From: an uncultured Acidobacteriota bacterium
GTDB lineage: Bacteria; Acidobacteriota; JAQAZP01
Direction of reading: 5' to 3'
DNA: 64,000 nt
Assembly (NCBI GenBank): GCA_963836075.1
Contig: CAWIIB010000001.1
Location: forward strand, 416,001 to 480,000
Shown: in pieces, positions 35,876 through 47,002 of the stretch
How positions within the stretch are numbered: position 1 is the stretch's first letter
Layout: each line of letters begins with the position of its first letter
The notes under the pieces: generated by a model
Database searches by the model: none
The model's input: the letters and a program-made list of their open reading frames with translations, nothing else
What the model was told of the DNA's origin: nothing
Position numbers and translations under genes: made by a program

Positions 35876-36316
35876 TCAGGTAAGCACACCCTTCCTTGAC
35901 AGCCACCAGGAATACCAGAGCAGGAAGAAGGCGGTGACCCAGATCACGGCGGAAAAGATCATGCCGGCCTGGCCCATGATCTCGGCGCCGTTGCTCATGC
36001 CGAAGTTGTAGATGGTGGTCATCACCATGGAGAAAGCAGAAACGGCAAAAGCCCACAGCGCCCACTTCTTGCGCAGCAGCAGCCCGATGGAGCCGACGAG
36101 GGCTCCCCATACGGCAAAGGCCCAGAAGGCGGTCATCCAGACCGGAAAACCGTAAAAGTATTCCAGCTGCGCCTCGGTGAACTGGCTCATGTAAAATTCC
36201 AGCTGCAGTTCCGTCGCCAGATAGTCGAAGGCCCCCATGGCGTTCCAGAGGAGCGAGATCACACCGATGATCCAGAGATGAATCGGCGTCCTGCTGCGGG
36301 TCGCGGCTCCCTGCAT
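35876..36316 (-). CDS. Conserved hypothetical membrane protein (about 4 TM)
   Basis: Hydrophobic segments, LLWNxMG and LLLRKKWA motifs; purine-rich RBS. Confidence 0.8.
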   Translation of the reverse strand: MQGAATRSRTPIHLWIIGVISLLWNAMGAFDYLATELQLEFYMSQFTEAQLEYFYGFPVWMTAFWAFAVWGALVGSIGLLLRKKWALWAFAVSAFSMVMTTIYNFGMSNGAEIMGQAGMIFSAVIWVTAFFLLWYSWWLSRKGVLT

Positions 36317-36578
36317 TATGTTTCCCCCTTTTTGTTAGCAGACCGGAAAAAGAGCCTCGCTGGACAGACTGCTCTGAGCGAATGGCTCGAAGCAGGCGTT
36401 TCCATTGAGAAGCAATATATGGAGTTCAGCGGTGCGCATTCAAGTTCCACTGGAAGCCATCACCACCTGTTGCCCAGCGTTAATCCAGGGAAACACCATA
36501 GCATGCAAGCTTTGCCGGCCGCAGTGAGCAGAGGGAGCCATCTGCCAAGCATACCGATTCCCTGCGATTTCCGGTTCG

Positions 36579-37292
36579 CTACAGGGCAGTTTCTTCCACA
36601 CCCCGTACATACTTGGAACTGCTGGTTATTCTGAAGGGGAAGCCGCCGGTGATCAGCGCAGCGGTTTCTTCGCGGTCCACGCCGTATTTCAGTTCGAGAA
36701 CGATATCCCGGTCATTGAACGTCCGGTGGTCCAAGCTGTTGTTGTTCGGGCCCAGACGGAAATATTCAAATTCGGAGTCCACGGTGATCCGGAACGAACC
36801 GTCGGAGGAGAGGAAGTATTTTCTGCGGTAACGATTGAGCAGAGCGGGTGTGGAATGATGAAGACCGGACACCTTGGTCAGCTCGCGCACCGCTGCCCGG
36901 TCGAGGGTCTGGTCAAGGGTGAACGGAGCCAGGGCAAAAGACTTCTTTCTGCCCACCAGGCCCCGCTTCTTCTTGATCTCCAGCACCGGGTTCCCCACAT
37001 GGCCGAACAGCTCACCATACCAGCGGATTCTTACCTTGTCTCGTACGGGCAGCCCGGCAACGGAGTCGCGGAAGCGATGAAGACTCTCAGAGTCGAGATA
37101 GATGTTGTTGACCCATCGTGAACGATGGATTTCACGAAACAGGCCCGGGTTCAGGCGAACATGCGCTTCCACCTCGGCCCTGCCGGAATCGCGCAGGTAG
37201 AACTTTCGTTCATAGCGCCAGGTCTTGCCCTGGTTTTCAGGGTGTGGTGCGCTCATGGGAGTTTGCCCGTCCCGCTGCCCTGCCTTACTCAT
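36579..37292 (-). CDS. VTC (polyphosphate polymerase-like, CYTH-fold) domain protein
   Basis: RYERKF, IYLD, KVRIRWY, LEIK, YRR, RITVD, VLELK and SKY motifs; start overlaps the CotH stop. Confidence 0.88.
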   Translation of the reverse strand: MSKAGQRDGQTPMSAPHPENQGKTWRYERKFYLRDSGRAEVEAHVRLNPGLFREIHRSRWVNNIYLDSESLHRFRDSVAGLPVRDKVRIRWYGELFGHVGNPVLEIKKKRGLVGRKKSFALAPFTLDQTLDRAAVRELTKVSGLHHSTPALLNRYRRKYFLSSDGSFRITVDSEFEYFRLGPNNNSLDHRTFNDRDIVLELKYGVDREETAALITGGFPFRITSSSKYVRGVEETAL

Positions 37293-39888
37293 CCCGATAC
37301 AGATCCTCTTTGACACCCTCCCGGTTGGGGGGAATGATCCGCTCGTCGATAATCAGCAGGGATCCCTGCTCAACAAGATACGCCGGCTCCGTGTCCCCCA
37401 CCTTCAGGCCATGGACCAGAATTTCCCCGGGCCCGAACTCCGCTTTCTTCTGGAACGCGGCAAAGGAGAGCCGGTTCCCCCGTAGTTCCACGTTTTCCAT
37501 TTCGATCCTCGAGCGGTCCTTGCATGCCACCGCGATGTCGGTATCTTCAATTGTTGCAAGGGAAACCACCAGGCGGCTGTTCTCACCGGCACTCAAACCC
37601 TTGTCTCCGGCCCGCTCCACCCGGAGCCGGTGAACCGTGATCTCGCTTCCCGACCCGTCGATGGCATCATTGCCGCAGTCAATAAAACTGACGCTGTCCA
37701 TGCTGCCTTTACAAAAATCCGCGTCAAAGGCGTCGGACCGGCTCCTCACAAACCAGGCTCTCTCGATGGAGAAGGTGCCTCGCATCGTGTTCAGCGCGTC
37801 CTCGCATCGGCTGTCGACAAAGTAGCAGTTATCTATTTCCACCGGTGACTCATAAAAGGTCACCGCTCCGCTGAGCGACCAGCCATGGCGGGAGGGGTTG
37901 CCGAGGTTGTCAAACTCGACCCACGACAATTCAGATGGGGCTTGTGCCGAGAGCACCGCCACGCCCTGCCCGGTGGAGTCCGAGGAACGGATGCGAATCG
38001 GTTGTTCCTCACTTCCCTTCCAGCAGAGGGGGGATCGGGACAGGATCATGGCCCTGTTCCGCAGGTCCACCTGGAACCCCTCGCCGGCCCGGACCAGATA
38101 CCCCGGCGGCACAATCAAGCTTTCCTCCAGCACCCATTGGCCCGGGGCGAAGGTAATCGTCTTCCCCGCGCTGTCCAGGGTCACCCAGCTGAATGTTTCC
38201 GCATTGGCCGGGCTCCGTGGTATATCCGGTTCGCGGACCGCATGATCCACCGCCGGCCACGGATGGATACGCTCTTCCCGGAGATTGCTGCTGCCCTGGA
38301 TACGGTAGATCAGTTTCGGGTTCGAACTGTCCTCAACCGAGCCGGGGACCTCCGGACCAGGGACGAAATCGATCACCGTGAAGCGGATCGGGTTTTCGGC
38401 CGAATAGCCGGGCACGACAGTGGCCACCGGCAGCGGGTGCTCGGTGCCACCGATGCTCAGGGCGATGATTTCCGCTGGCAGAGCATGGATGTTCTGCACA
38501 CCCACGGTAATCGTCGACGTCTGACCAATGGGCCGCTCCAGGTAGGCCTGCAGTGAACGTTGGGGATTGATCACCCGCCGGAGGTATTTCTGGTTCCGGC
38601 GCAGAATGGCCTCACCGGCAAACGAATACCAGGGGACACTGCGGTGCAGAATGGCCAGCGCGTCATCATAGTCAGCACCACAATGTTCGAAGAACTCATC
38701 GAGAAACCTCTCCTTCGATATCTTTTCCAGGGCTTCGATGTAGTACAGATAGAACTGCTCGTCGAGGAAAAGGCCGCTGCGCCAGTCCATCCGGTCTCGC
38801 TGACCGTCCAGCGTGGGAAGGATCTGTTCGCCCAGCGAGCGCACCCGGTGCGGCAAAGGCAGGAGCTTGTTGAAATCGTAGCCGATGGGTTCGATCAATC
38901 CGGTCACCGGATTGTAGTAGAACTTCTGGTTGTCCACCGTCGTGGCGTGGTAGTAACCGGTGAGGTCCACCAGCGCGAAATAGGCGGCCATTTTTTGCAG
39001 GTCGAAGACCTGCGCGGCCCGGGCCTCACCCCGGCGGTACTGTTCCAGGAGAGAGCGGGCAACCTCGTGCAGCCGTGACAGGTCGGTATCGCCGGCTGCG
39101 CGGTTCTCCTGGTAGACCGACACCGCCGAGCCTGCCAGCTCCGGCGCCAACCCCTGATGGCCCACCCAGTAGAACCACGAATCGTACTTGAGGATCGGCC
39201 CTTCACGTCGATCATTACTTTCGAGCAGTCTCTTGTCGAAGTTCTCTTCCAGGGCATAGATCGACTTGTGTACCCCGTTCACCGTCACATCGACAAATTC
39301 GTAGCGCAGGCCCACCAGTCCCAGTTCCTTCTGCAGGCGGTGAATCACCCACTCGTTCATGTACTCCCGTGTCTGCGGATCCTGAAGCGCAAAACGCTTC
39401 ATGCCAAGAATGGTCTTCCCCTTTTTGACCTTGACCTTGTAGGACCATCTGTCGATCCGTCGCCAGTGATCCTGAAGGTCCCCCTTCAGTCGAAGATCCA
39501 CCTTGTACGTCTCTCCCCGGTGGACAATTTCCGCCGGCACCCAGTCGGTGCTTTTCGAGATCAGGATGCCGGCCTCCAGGGCTTCCTGCCGCTTGTAGAG
39601 CAGTTTCTGGTACTCCTTGATCCCGATATTGATGTCCAAACGTTCGGGCTGCGCGGCCAACCCGTCGATGTAGTGTGGAATCACTCTGAGTTTTGCATCG
39701 GCCAGGCCGGCGGCCCAGGCCCGCAGCGTGGTGGACTGCCCGGACTTCACCAGATGCATGCCGTAGTAGATGCTGGCGAGGATGATCAGGGAAAGGAGGA
39801 CGAGGCCGACGGTCGCCGTCAGCCACCGTCGGGTGAAGAGGGCTTTCACCAGGGAGGATGAAGCTGATCCGGCCCGTTTGATGATCAT
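37285..39888 (-). CDS. CotH-kinase-family protein with N-terminal TM anchor and C-terminal parallel beta-helix
   Basis: LRLKG, SYKVK, VNG...YALEE and H...N.KFYYNP...EPIGYD motifs; C-terminal DALN / DAFDAD / DAIDxSGS / DKGLSAGENS repeats. Confidence 0.85.
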   Translation of the reverse strand: MIIKRAGSASSSLVKALFTRRWLTATVGLVLLSLIILASIYYGMHLVKSGQSTTLRAWAAGLADAKLRVIPHYIDGLAAQPERLDINIGIKEYQKLLYKRQEALEAGILISKSTDWVPAEIVHRGETYKVDLRLKGDLQDHWRRIDRWSYKVKVKKGKTILGMKRFALQDPQTREYMNEWVIHRLQKELGLVGLRYEFVDVTVNGVHKSIYALEENFDKRLLESNDRREGPILKYDSWFYWVGHQGLAPELAGSAVSVYQENRAAGDTDLSRLHEVARSLLEQYRRGEARAAQVFDLQKMAAYFALVDLTGYYHATTVDNQKFYYNPVTGLIEPIGYDFNKLLPLPHRVRSLGEQILPTLDGQRDRMDWRSGLFLDEQFYLYYIEALEKISKERFLDEFFEHCGADYDDALAILHRSVPWYSFAGEAILRRNQKYLRRVINPQRSLQAYLERPIGQTSTITVGVQNIHALPAEIIALSIGGTEHPLPVATVVPGYSAENPIRFTVIDFVPGPEVPGSVEDSSNPKLIYRIQGSSNLREERIHPWPAVDHAVREPDIPRSPANAETFSWVTLDSAGKTITFAPGQWVLEESLIVPPGYLVRAGEGFQVDLRNRAMILSRSPLCWKGSEEQPIRIRSSDSTGQGVAVLSAQAPSELSWVEFDNLGNPSRHGWSLSGAVTFYESPVEIDNCYFVDSRCEDALNTMRGTFSIERAWFVRSRSDAFDADFCKGSMDSVSFIDCGNDAIDGSGSEITVHRLRVERAGDKGLSAGENSRLVVSLATIEDTDIAVACKDRSRIEMENVELRGNRLSFAAFQKKAEFGPGEILVHGLKVGDTEPAYLVEQGSLLIIDERIIPPNREGVKEDLYRDE

Positions 39889-39894
39889 GCCATG

Positions 39895-40578
39895 TCAGGT
39901 CAAGCCCTTGTTGTCGAGCAGTGTGATGGAGAGGGTGCTGTGGAGTTTGCTCAGCGCTTCACGGCTTTCTTCCAGCTGATCGAAGTCCTTGTACTCCACC
40001 GCGAACGAGGCCTCCAGGCCGCGTTCGTTCTGGTCATAGCGCTTGAGGCTCACCGTTGTGCAGTAGGGAGAGAGCGTACTGACGATCTCCGCCAGCCCCG
40101 GCTTCTCCCTCTCTTTCGTGGCTACGATCAGATGCAGGTTGGCAGATTCTTCTCGTTTACCGAACAGGCCGCGACAGCAGATGACCCCCACAATCACGGC
40201 AAAGGCCGCGATGGTGATCATCCGTTGATTGGCCCCCAGGCCCAACCCGATGGAGATGGCCAGAAAGAGATACCCCAGCTCTTCCGGTTCCTTGATTGCG
40301 GCCCGGTAGCGGACGATGGACAACGCGCCCACCAGGCCGAGGGAGAGGGCCAGCGATGACTTGACGATGGTGATGATCAACATCACCGTCATGGAGAGGA
40401 GAAGAAAATTTCGAGCGAACAGCTTTCGATTGGAGAGCGCCGTCCCGAATCGTTTGTAAACGATTCCGAGGATCGCCGCCAGCAGGCCGGCCAGGACCAG
40501 GTCGAGAACAAACGACAGCAGTGGTATCTGGACCGTGGATGTGGCCAGAAACTGTTCAAAGGATGGGAGACCGTCCAC
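39895..40578 (-). CDS. DUF4956 membrane protein
   Basis: SSLALSLGLVGALSIVRYRAAIKEP...IGLGLG signature. Confidence 0.92.
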   Translation of the reverse strand: MDGLPSFEQFLATSTVQIPLLSFVLDLVLAGLLAAILGIVYKRFGTALSNRKLFARNFLLLSMTVMLIITIVKSSLALSLGLVGALSIVRYRAAIKEPEELGYLFLAISIGLGLGANQRMITIAAFAVIVGVICCRGLFGKREESANLHLIVATKEREKPGLAEIVSTLSPYCTTVSLKRYDQNERGLEASFAVEYKDFDQLEESREALSKLHSTLSITLLDNKGLT

Positions 40579-40627
40579 TGTGCTACCTGTATCCCGCTAC
40601 TCCGCCAGCACGTTTTCACCCTGAAGG

Positions 40628-40656
40628 AATATAGCCATTCAGGAGACCCAAGTCAA
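40628..40656 (-). promoter_or_regulatory. Sigma70-type promoter of the DUF4956-CotH-VTC operon
   Basis: TTGACT-N17-TATATT on the minus strand. Confidence 0.6.
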
Positions 40657-40677
40657 AGGGCGGGTTCGCGGCGGGAG

Positions 40678-41791
40678 TCAGGGACAGAGTTCCCGGGCCA
40701 GGCCATCGGCCACCAGCATCCCCTGCCGGGTGGGAATCACCAGCCCCAGGTCCAGGGTGAGCAACCCCAGGGCCCGAAAGTGGTTCAGCCGGGCCGCGGC
40801 GGCCGGGTCATTGGCCAGACTCCCCTGCTGGAAGCCGTCGGCCAGACGCAGGCCCAGGGCGATGCGTTCCATCTCCAGCTGTTCAGGCGTGAGCCTCTCC
40901 CGGCCGGCCACTGCGCTTCCCCCGCTCTCCAGCCGCTGCAGCCAGGTGTCCAGCGTGTCGTGGTTCCACCAGCGGTGGGCACCGTCAAAGGAATGAGCCG
41001 ACGGGCCCAGGCCAAGGCAGGGAACGTGGCGCCAGTATTTCATGTTGTGCCGTGACCGCTGTTCGGGGCTCCTGGCGTAGTTGGAAACCTCGGTACTGTT
41101 CGTAGCCCAGTCCGGCCAGCAGTTCCGCCCCGGCGAGGAACTGGGCAGCGGCGGTCTCTTCGTCCTGTGGTTTGACCTCTCCCCGCTGCACCCGGCGGCC
41201 CAGAGGAGTATCCTCCTCCATGGTCAGCTGGTAGCAGGAGAGGTGGTCCGATTCCAGTTCCACGGCCCGGCGCAGGGTCTCCAGCCAGTGTTCCACCGTC
41301 TGGCCGGGGATGGCGGAGATCAGGTCGATGCTCAGCTGCCCGATCCCCGCCGTGCGGAGCAGTTGGCAGGAACGGCCGATGTCGGCGGAACGGTGCCGCC
41401 GGCCGAGGAACGCCAGCACCTCGTCGTCGAAGGACTGGGCGCCGAGGCTCACCCGGTTCACACCCAGGGCGGCCAGCAGGGCGGCGCTGTCCCTGTCCAG
41501 GTCCGCCGGGTTGGCTTCCAGGGTGATGTCCACCTCCGGGTGGAAGCTGAAACACTGGAAAAGACCGTGCAGCAGGGATTCCAGCTGGGTTGGCAGGAGG
41601 ACGGTGGGTGTGCCGCCGCCGATGTAGAGGGTGTCAAAGGCGTCCCACTGCCCCGCCGCAGCTTCGGCTTCCAAGGCCAGCGCGTCCAGCCAGCGGTCCG
41701 CTTCCCCCGGCCGGGTGCTGGAACAGAAGTCGCAGTAGACGCAGCGGGTGCGGCAGAACGGCACGTGGACATAGAGGCCCGGGGCATTCAT
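40678..41791 (-). CDS. hemW: Radical SAM heme chaperone HemW (one +1 frameshift at ~41092)
   Basis: YVHVPFCxxxCxYCDF, GGGTP, EANP and HLSCYQL motifs; removing one base restores QYEVSNYA...HNMKYW. Confidence 0.9.
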
Positions 41792-41804
41792 CGAATCCTC
41801 CCCG

Positions 41805-43604
<1,800 letters not shown>

Positions 43605-43624
43605 CGAATCACTCCTCGATGAAC

Positions 43625-45055
43625 TCACTTGTTGCCGCTGAGACCGATCCCGGCGGCCAGGGTCTTCATCCCGCCCTGGGCCAGCCCCAAGATCTTGCCC
43701 GGCGGCAGGCAGAGGTATTTCCACCCGTGACGCAGCAGGTACGATGGCCGGAGATAGAACCGCCGGTAGGCGCGGCGCACGGTCCGCTCGATCTCCGCCG
43801 GCTCCCGCCCCGCGGGCAGGTAACAGACATCCTCGAAGACATTGTAGCGCTCCGGGTCGTCATGGGTCAGGGTCCCCACCTCCAGAGCGTACTCGGAAAG
43901 CCTGGTGCCGGGATAGGGCACGAAGGTCAGCCAGTAGACAAACTCGGGGTTCAGCTTGATGCCGAATCGGATCGACTGCTCGGTCTCCTCCACCGTTTCG
44001 GTGGGCAGGGTCAGGATGAACGAGGCCGTGATCTGGATCCCGGCCTGCTGGGTCCAGCGGAAGGCCTGTTCGGTCTTTTCCAGCGGGATGCGCTTGTTCA
44101 CCAGCTCCAGCAGCCGGGGTACGCCGGACTCCACGCCGTAGAAAATCTGGTAGCAGCCGGCCAGCTTCATTTCCCGCAGCAGGTCGGGCTTCACCAGGTC
44201 GGTGCGGGTGAAGCAGGTCCACTTCAGCCGGGGAAAGGAGTTTCTCAGCCCCGCACAGAGTTCGAACACCCTCTTGCGGTTGGCGGTGAACGACTCGTCG
44301 TAGAACTGGATCTCGTCGGCCCCCTGCTCTTCAACCACCCTGGCGATCTCGGCCAGCACCCGCGCGGTGGACTGGAAGCGGTGGGTCCGGCCGAACACCT
44401 CGTGGCTGGAGCAGAACCCGCAGTTGAAGGGGCAGCCCCGGGAGGTCATCAGGTGCACCGTGCGCCGCCCGCGCAGCTGGGCCCCGGAGCGGTATTTCTC
44501 CATCGGCAGCAGGTGCCGGGCGGGGAACGGCAGCTGGTCCAGATCCTTGATCAGTACCCGGGGCTGGTTGTGTATCGTATTCCCGTCCGGGCTTTTCCAG
44601 ACCAGGCCGTCAACAGCCGCCGGGTCACCTTCACCTTCGACGAGTCCCAGCAGCTCGGCAAAGGTCCGCTCCCCTTCACCGATCACCAGGTAGTCCACCG
44701 CTGGATGTCCGATGCCGTCATCGGGGTAGAGCGTGGTGTGGACACCGCCGAGCACGGTGGCCACACCGGGCACGATGGTCTTGGCCTTTTCGCAGATGGC
44801 CACGCACTTGCGAATGGTGGTGCAGAAGGTCTGCAGGCCGATCAGCTGCGGCTGCTCCCGTCGCAGCTCCTCCTCCAGCGTCGCCATGGACAGGCCCTCG
44901 GCCTCGGCGTCGATCACCCGCACCGTGTGCCCCAGGTCCTCGGCCACGGCAGCGAGGTAGGCCAGGCCCAAAGAGGGGTACACCGCTCCGGCGCTGGTCA
45001 GCGCACCGTAGCGCTCCTCGAGGGCCGCGGGGGGGACGATGAACAGAATCTTCAT
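43625..45055 (-). CDS. B12-binding radical SAM protein (class B methyltransferase-like)
   Basis: [32 protein letters not shown] and PYPGT motifs; ATGA overlap with the upstream gene. Confidence 0.92.
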   Translation of the reverse strand: MKILFIVPPAALEERYGALTSAGAVYPSLGLAYLAAVAEDLGHTVRVIDAEAEGLSMATLEEELRREQPQLIGLQTFCTTIRKCVAICEKAKTIVPGVATVLGGVHTTLYPDDGIGHPAVDYLVIGEGERTFAELLGLVEGEGDPAAVDGLVWKSPDGNTIHNQPRVLIKDLDQLPFPARHLLPMEKYRSGAQLRGRRTVHLMTSRGCPFNCGFCSSHEVFGRTHRFQSTARVLAEIARVVEEQGADEIQFYDESFTANRKRVFELCAGLRNSFPRLKWTCFTRTDLVKPDLLREMKLAGCYQIFYGVESGVPRLLELVNKRIPLEKTEQAFRWTQQAGIQITASFILTLPTETVEETEQSIRFGIKLNPEFVYWLTFVPYPGTRLSEYALEVGTLTHDDPERYNVFEDVCYLPAGREPAEIERTVRRAYRRFYLRPSYLLRHGWKYLCLPPGKILGLAQGGMKTLAAGIGLSGNK

Positions 45056-46740
45056 GGCGCTGGCGGTCCGGACGATTCCACGTTCTCGCCCACGGCCAGA
45101 GCGACGCCACAACCGTCAGGACCGGTGCGGGGGGACGGTTCGGCCGCGGTCACACCCTCGGACAGCGGGACGGGGAACATGGTGGACAGGGACCCGGCCC
45201 ACCTGTTTTTCGGAATGGAAGGAATCTGGGGCAGGCGGACCCGCTTTCCGCGAAGCACGCCGAAAATCTTCTTCAGCGTGTAATGCCGGTAGCGGCGGTA
45301 GAGCCGTTTGCGGATCAGCTCGAACTTTTTCTCTCCACCGAACTGGTAGACCAGGAAGCTGCCGATGATCGGCGGGATCGAGGGCATCATCCGCATCGCC
45401 CGGGGGTGATCGAGAATCCAGGTGATCCAGCTGCGGGGCAGGTAGCGGATCAGGATCAGCACCGTGCGGTAGCGGTTGAACATCGGGCTGAAGATCAGAT
45501 CCGGGGTCAGATACGACTTGCGCTCGATCTCCTTCAGCTTCTCCGGGGTGGGCCGGGTGTCCAGCATCCCCTCCTGTTCGGCGATCTTGGTAATCTCCAG
45601 ATCGGGGAAGGTGTGCAGCCAGAGCACGTGGATGCGGTTGATGCGGTTCCGGTTGTAGAACCGGCAGAGCTTGTCCAGTTCTGCGGTGGTCTGCCTGGGC
45701 AGGCCGAGGATGTAGTCGCCCACGGTGAAGATCTTCGACTTCATCATCAGCTTTGCCGCGCTCTCCACCATCTCATCGGTTTCAGTGCGGTGCAGCACCT
45801 TCTGCCGCACCTCGGGGTCGAGGGACTGGATACCGAACTCCACCTGGTAGCAGTTGGACTTTTCCAGCGCGCGCACCGTCCGCTCGTTGAGGTTGCGCAC
45901 GTGGGTGTAGCACCAGTAGGGCACCAGCACTTTTTCCGCGGCGTAACGCTCGGCAAACTCCTCCACCCACTCCTCGCTGGAGGTGAAGTTGTTGGCCGCC
46001 ATGCGCACCACCTGGATTCCGTATTTCTCCTTGGCCCACTTGAGCTCGGCCACCACGTTCCCGGGACTGCGCCTCCGGACGTAGTTTCGGGGAAAGCCGT
46101 AAGCCCGTTTGACCACATTGTTGTAGCAGAAGGTGCAGGCGTTGGGGCAGCCCCGCTCGCTGATCAGCAGGTGGCCGTAGTTGAACGGGACGCCGGCGCT
46201 GAGAAAGAGCTCCTTGTCCGGGAAGGGCAGCGAGTCGAGGTCGTCGATGAGCGGCCGCAGCGGGTTGTCCCGGATGCCGCCATTCTCGCGGAAGGAGAGG
46301 TTCTCTATGGTGGGGTCGAAATCGCCCTTTTCCAGCGACTGCACCAGGTCGAGCATGGCAAACTCGCCTTCGCCCCGGATGACGAAGTCCACGCAGGGAT
46401 GGGCCAGCAGTTCTTCGGGCACCGAGGTGGCGTGGATGTTGCCGAAAACCGTTGGCACCTCAAGGTGCTGCTTGACCTCGGTGGCCACTTCGATGGCCCA
46501 CTGGCTGGTGGCGCGCACCACCGAAAAGGCCAGCAGGTCCGGTTCCAGCTCCAGGATCTGCTTGATGGTGTTCTGCTGGTAGCTGAAAAGACGGGCCATG
46601 CGCGGGTTGTAACTGAAGGTGTCGTCGAACAGGCCGGGGTCGAAGACCAGGCGCACGTCGTGGCCCCGCTCCTTGAGCAGTGCCGACATGTATCCAACCC
46701 CGAGCAGTTCAAACGCCGAACAGGCAAATACGATGCGCAT
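45052..46740 (-). CDS. B12-binding radical SAM protein
   Basis: LGVGYMSA, GNIH, GEGE, RGCPNACTFC, GIQS and ILGLP motifs. Confidence 0.9.
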   Translation of the reverse strand: MRIVFACSAFELLGVGYMSALLKERGHDVRLVFDPGLFDDTFSYNPRMARLFSYQQNTIKQILELEPDLLAFSVVRATSQWAIEVATEVKQHLEVPTVFGNIHATSVPEELLAHPCVDFVIRGEGEFAMLDLVQSLEKGDFDPTIENLSFRENGGIRDNPLRPLIDDLDSLPFPDKELFLSAGVPFNYGHLLISERGCPNACTFCYNNVVKRAYGFPRNYVRRRSPGNVVAELKWAKEKYGIQVVRMAANNFTSSEEWVEEFAERYAAEKVLVPYWCYTHVRNLNERTVRALEKSNCYQVEFGIQSLDPEVRQKVLHRTETDEMVESAAKLMMKSKIFTVGDYILGLPRQTTAELDKLCRFYNRNRINRIHVLWLHTFPDLEITKIAEQEGMLDTRPTPEKLKEIERKSYLTPDLIFSPMFNRYRTVLILIRYLPRSWITWILDHPRAMRMMPSIPPIIGSFLVYQFGGEKKFELIRKRLYRRYRHYTLKKIFGVLRGKRVRLPQIPSIPKNRWAGSLSTMFPVPLSEGVTAAEPSPRTGPDGCGVALAVGENVESSGPPAP

Positions 46741-46818
46741 TCGCAGATTCCTTTCAACCCGTAATTATCCGTGCGCATCATACTGCTGCCATCCTGACGG
46801 TGCAATACGGGAATTCGG

Positions 46819-46909
46819 GAAATTGTGGACGTTTACCTGTTTCTGCTGTCTGATCATCCCCGGGCAACGGTGGTGTTTACAGCAGAAACAGGTAAACGTC
46901 CACAATTTC
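46819..46909. repeat. Perfect 31-bp inverted repeat with 29-bp spacer (REP-doublet / MITE-like)
   Basis: GAAATTGTGGACGTTTACCTGTTTCTGCTGT (46819-46849) and its exact reverse complement (46879-46909). Confidence 0.95.
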
Positions 46910-46925
46910 TCTACTTTTCCATCCG

Positions 46926-46955
46926 TTGACAGTTCTCGCGGGGCCTTACTAGAAT
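46926..46955 (+). promoter_or_regulatory. Sigma70-type promoter of the GT-C pair
   Basis: TTGACA-N18-TAGAAT. Confidence 0.6.
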
Positions 46956-47002
46956 GCAACGGCACGGACCATCGCCAACACCGAACATCCCTCGGGAGAC
47001 CC

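Noticed and set aside
36320-36575. Lower-GC intergenic stretch / 118-aa ORF as a possible insertion boundary
   Set aside because: No terminal repeats, target-site duplication, convincing coding signal or stable structure were found.
46819-46909. Intrinsic terminator
   Set aside because: It lies between divergent gene starts, has 31-bp arms with a 29-nt loop and no adjacent U-tract.
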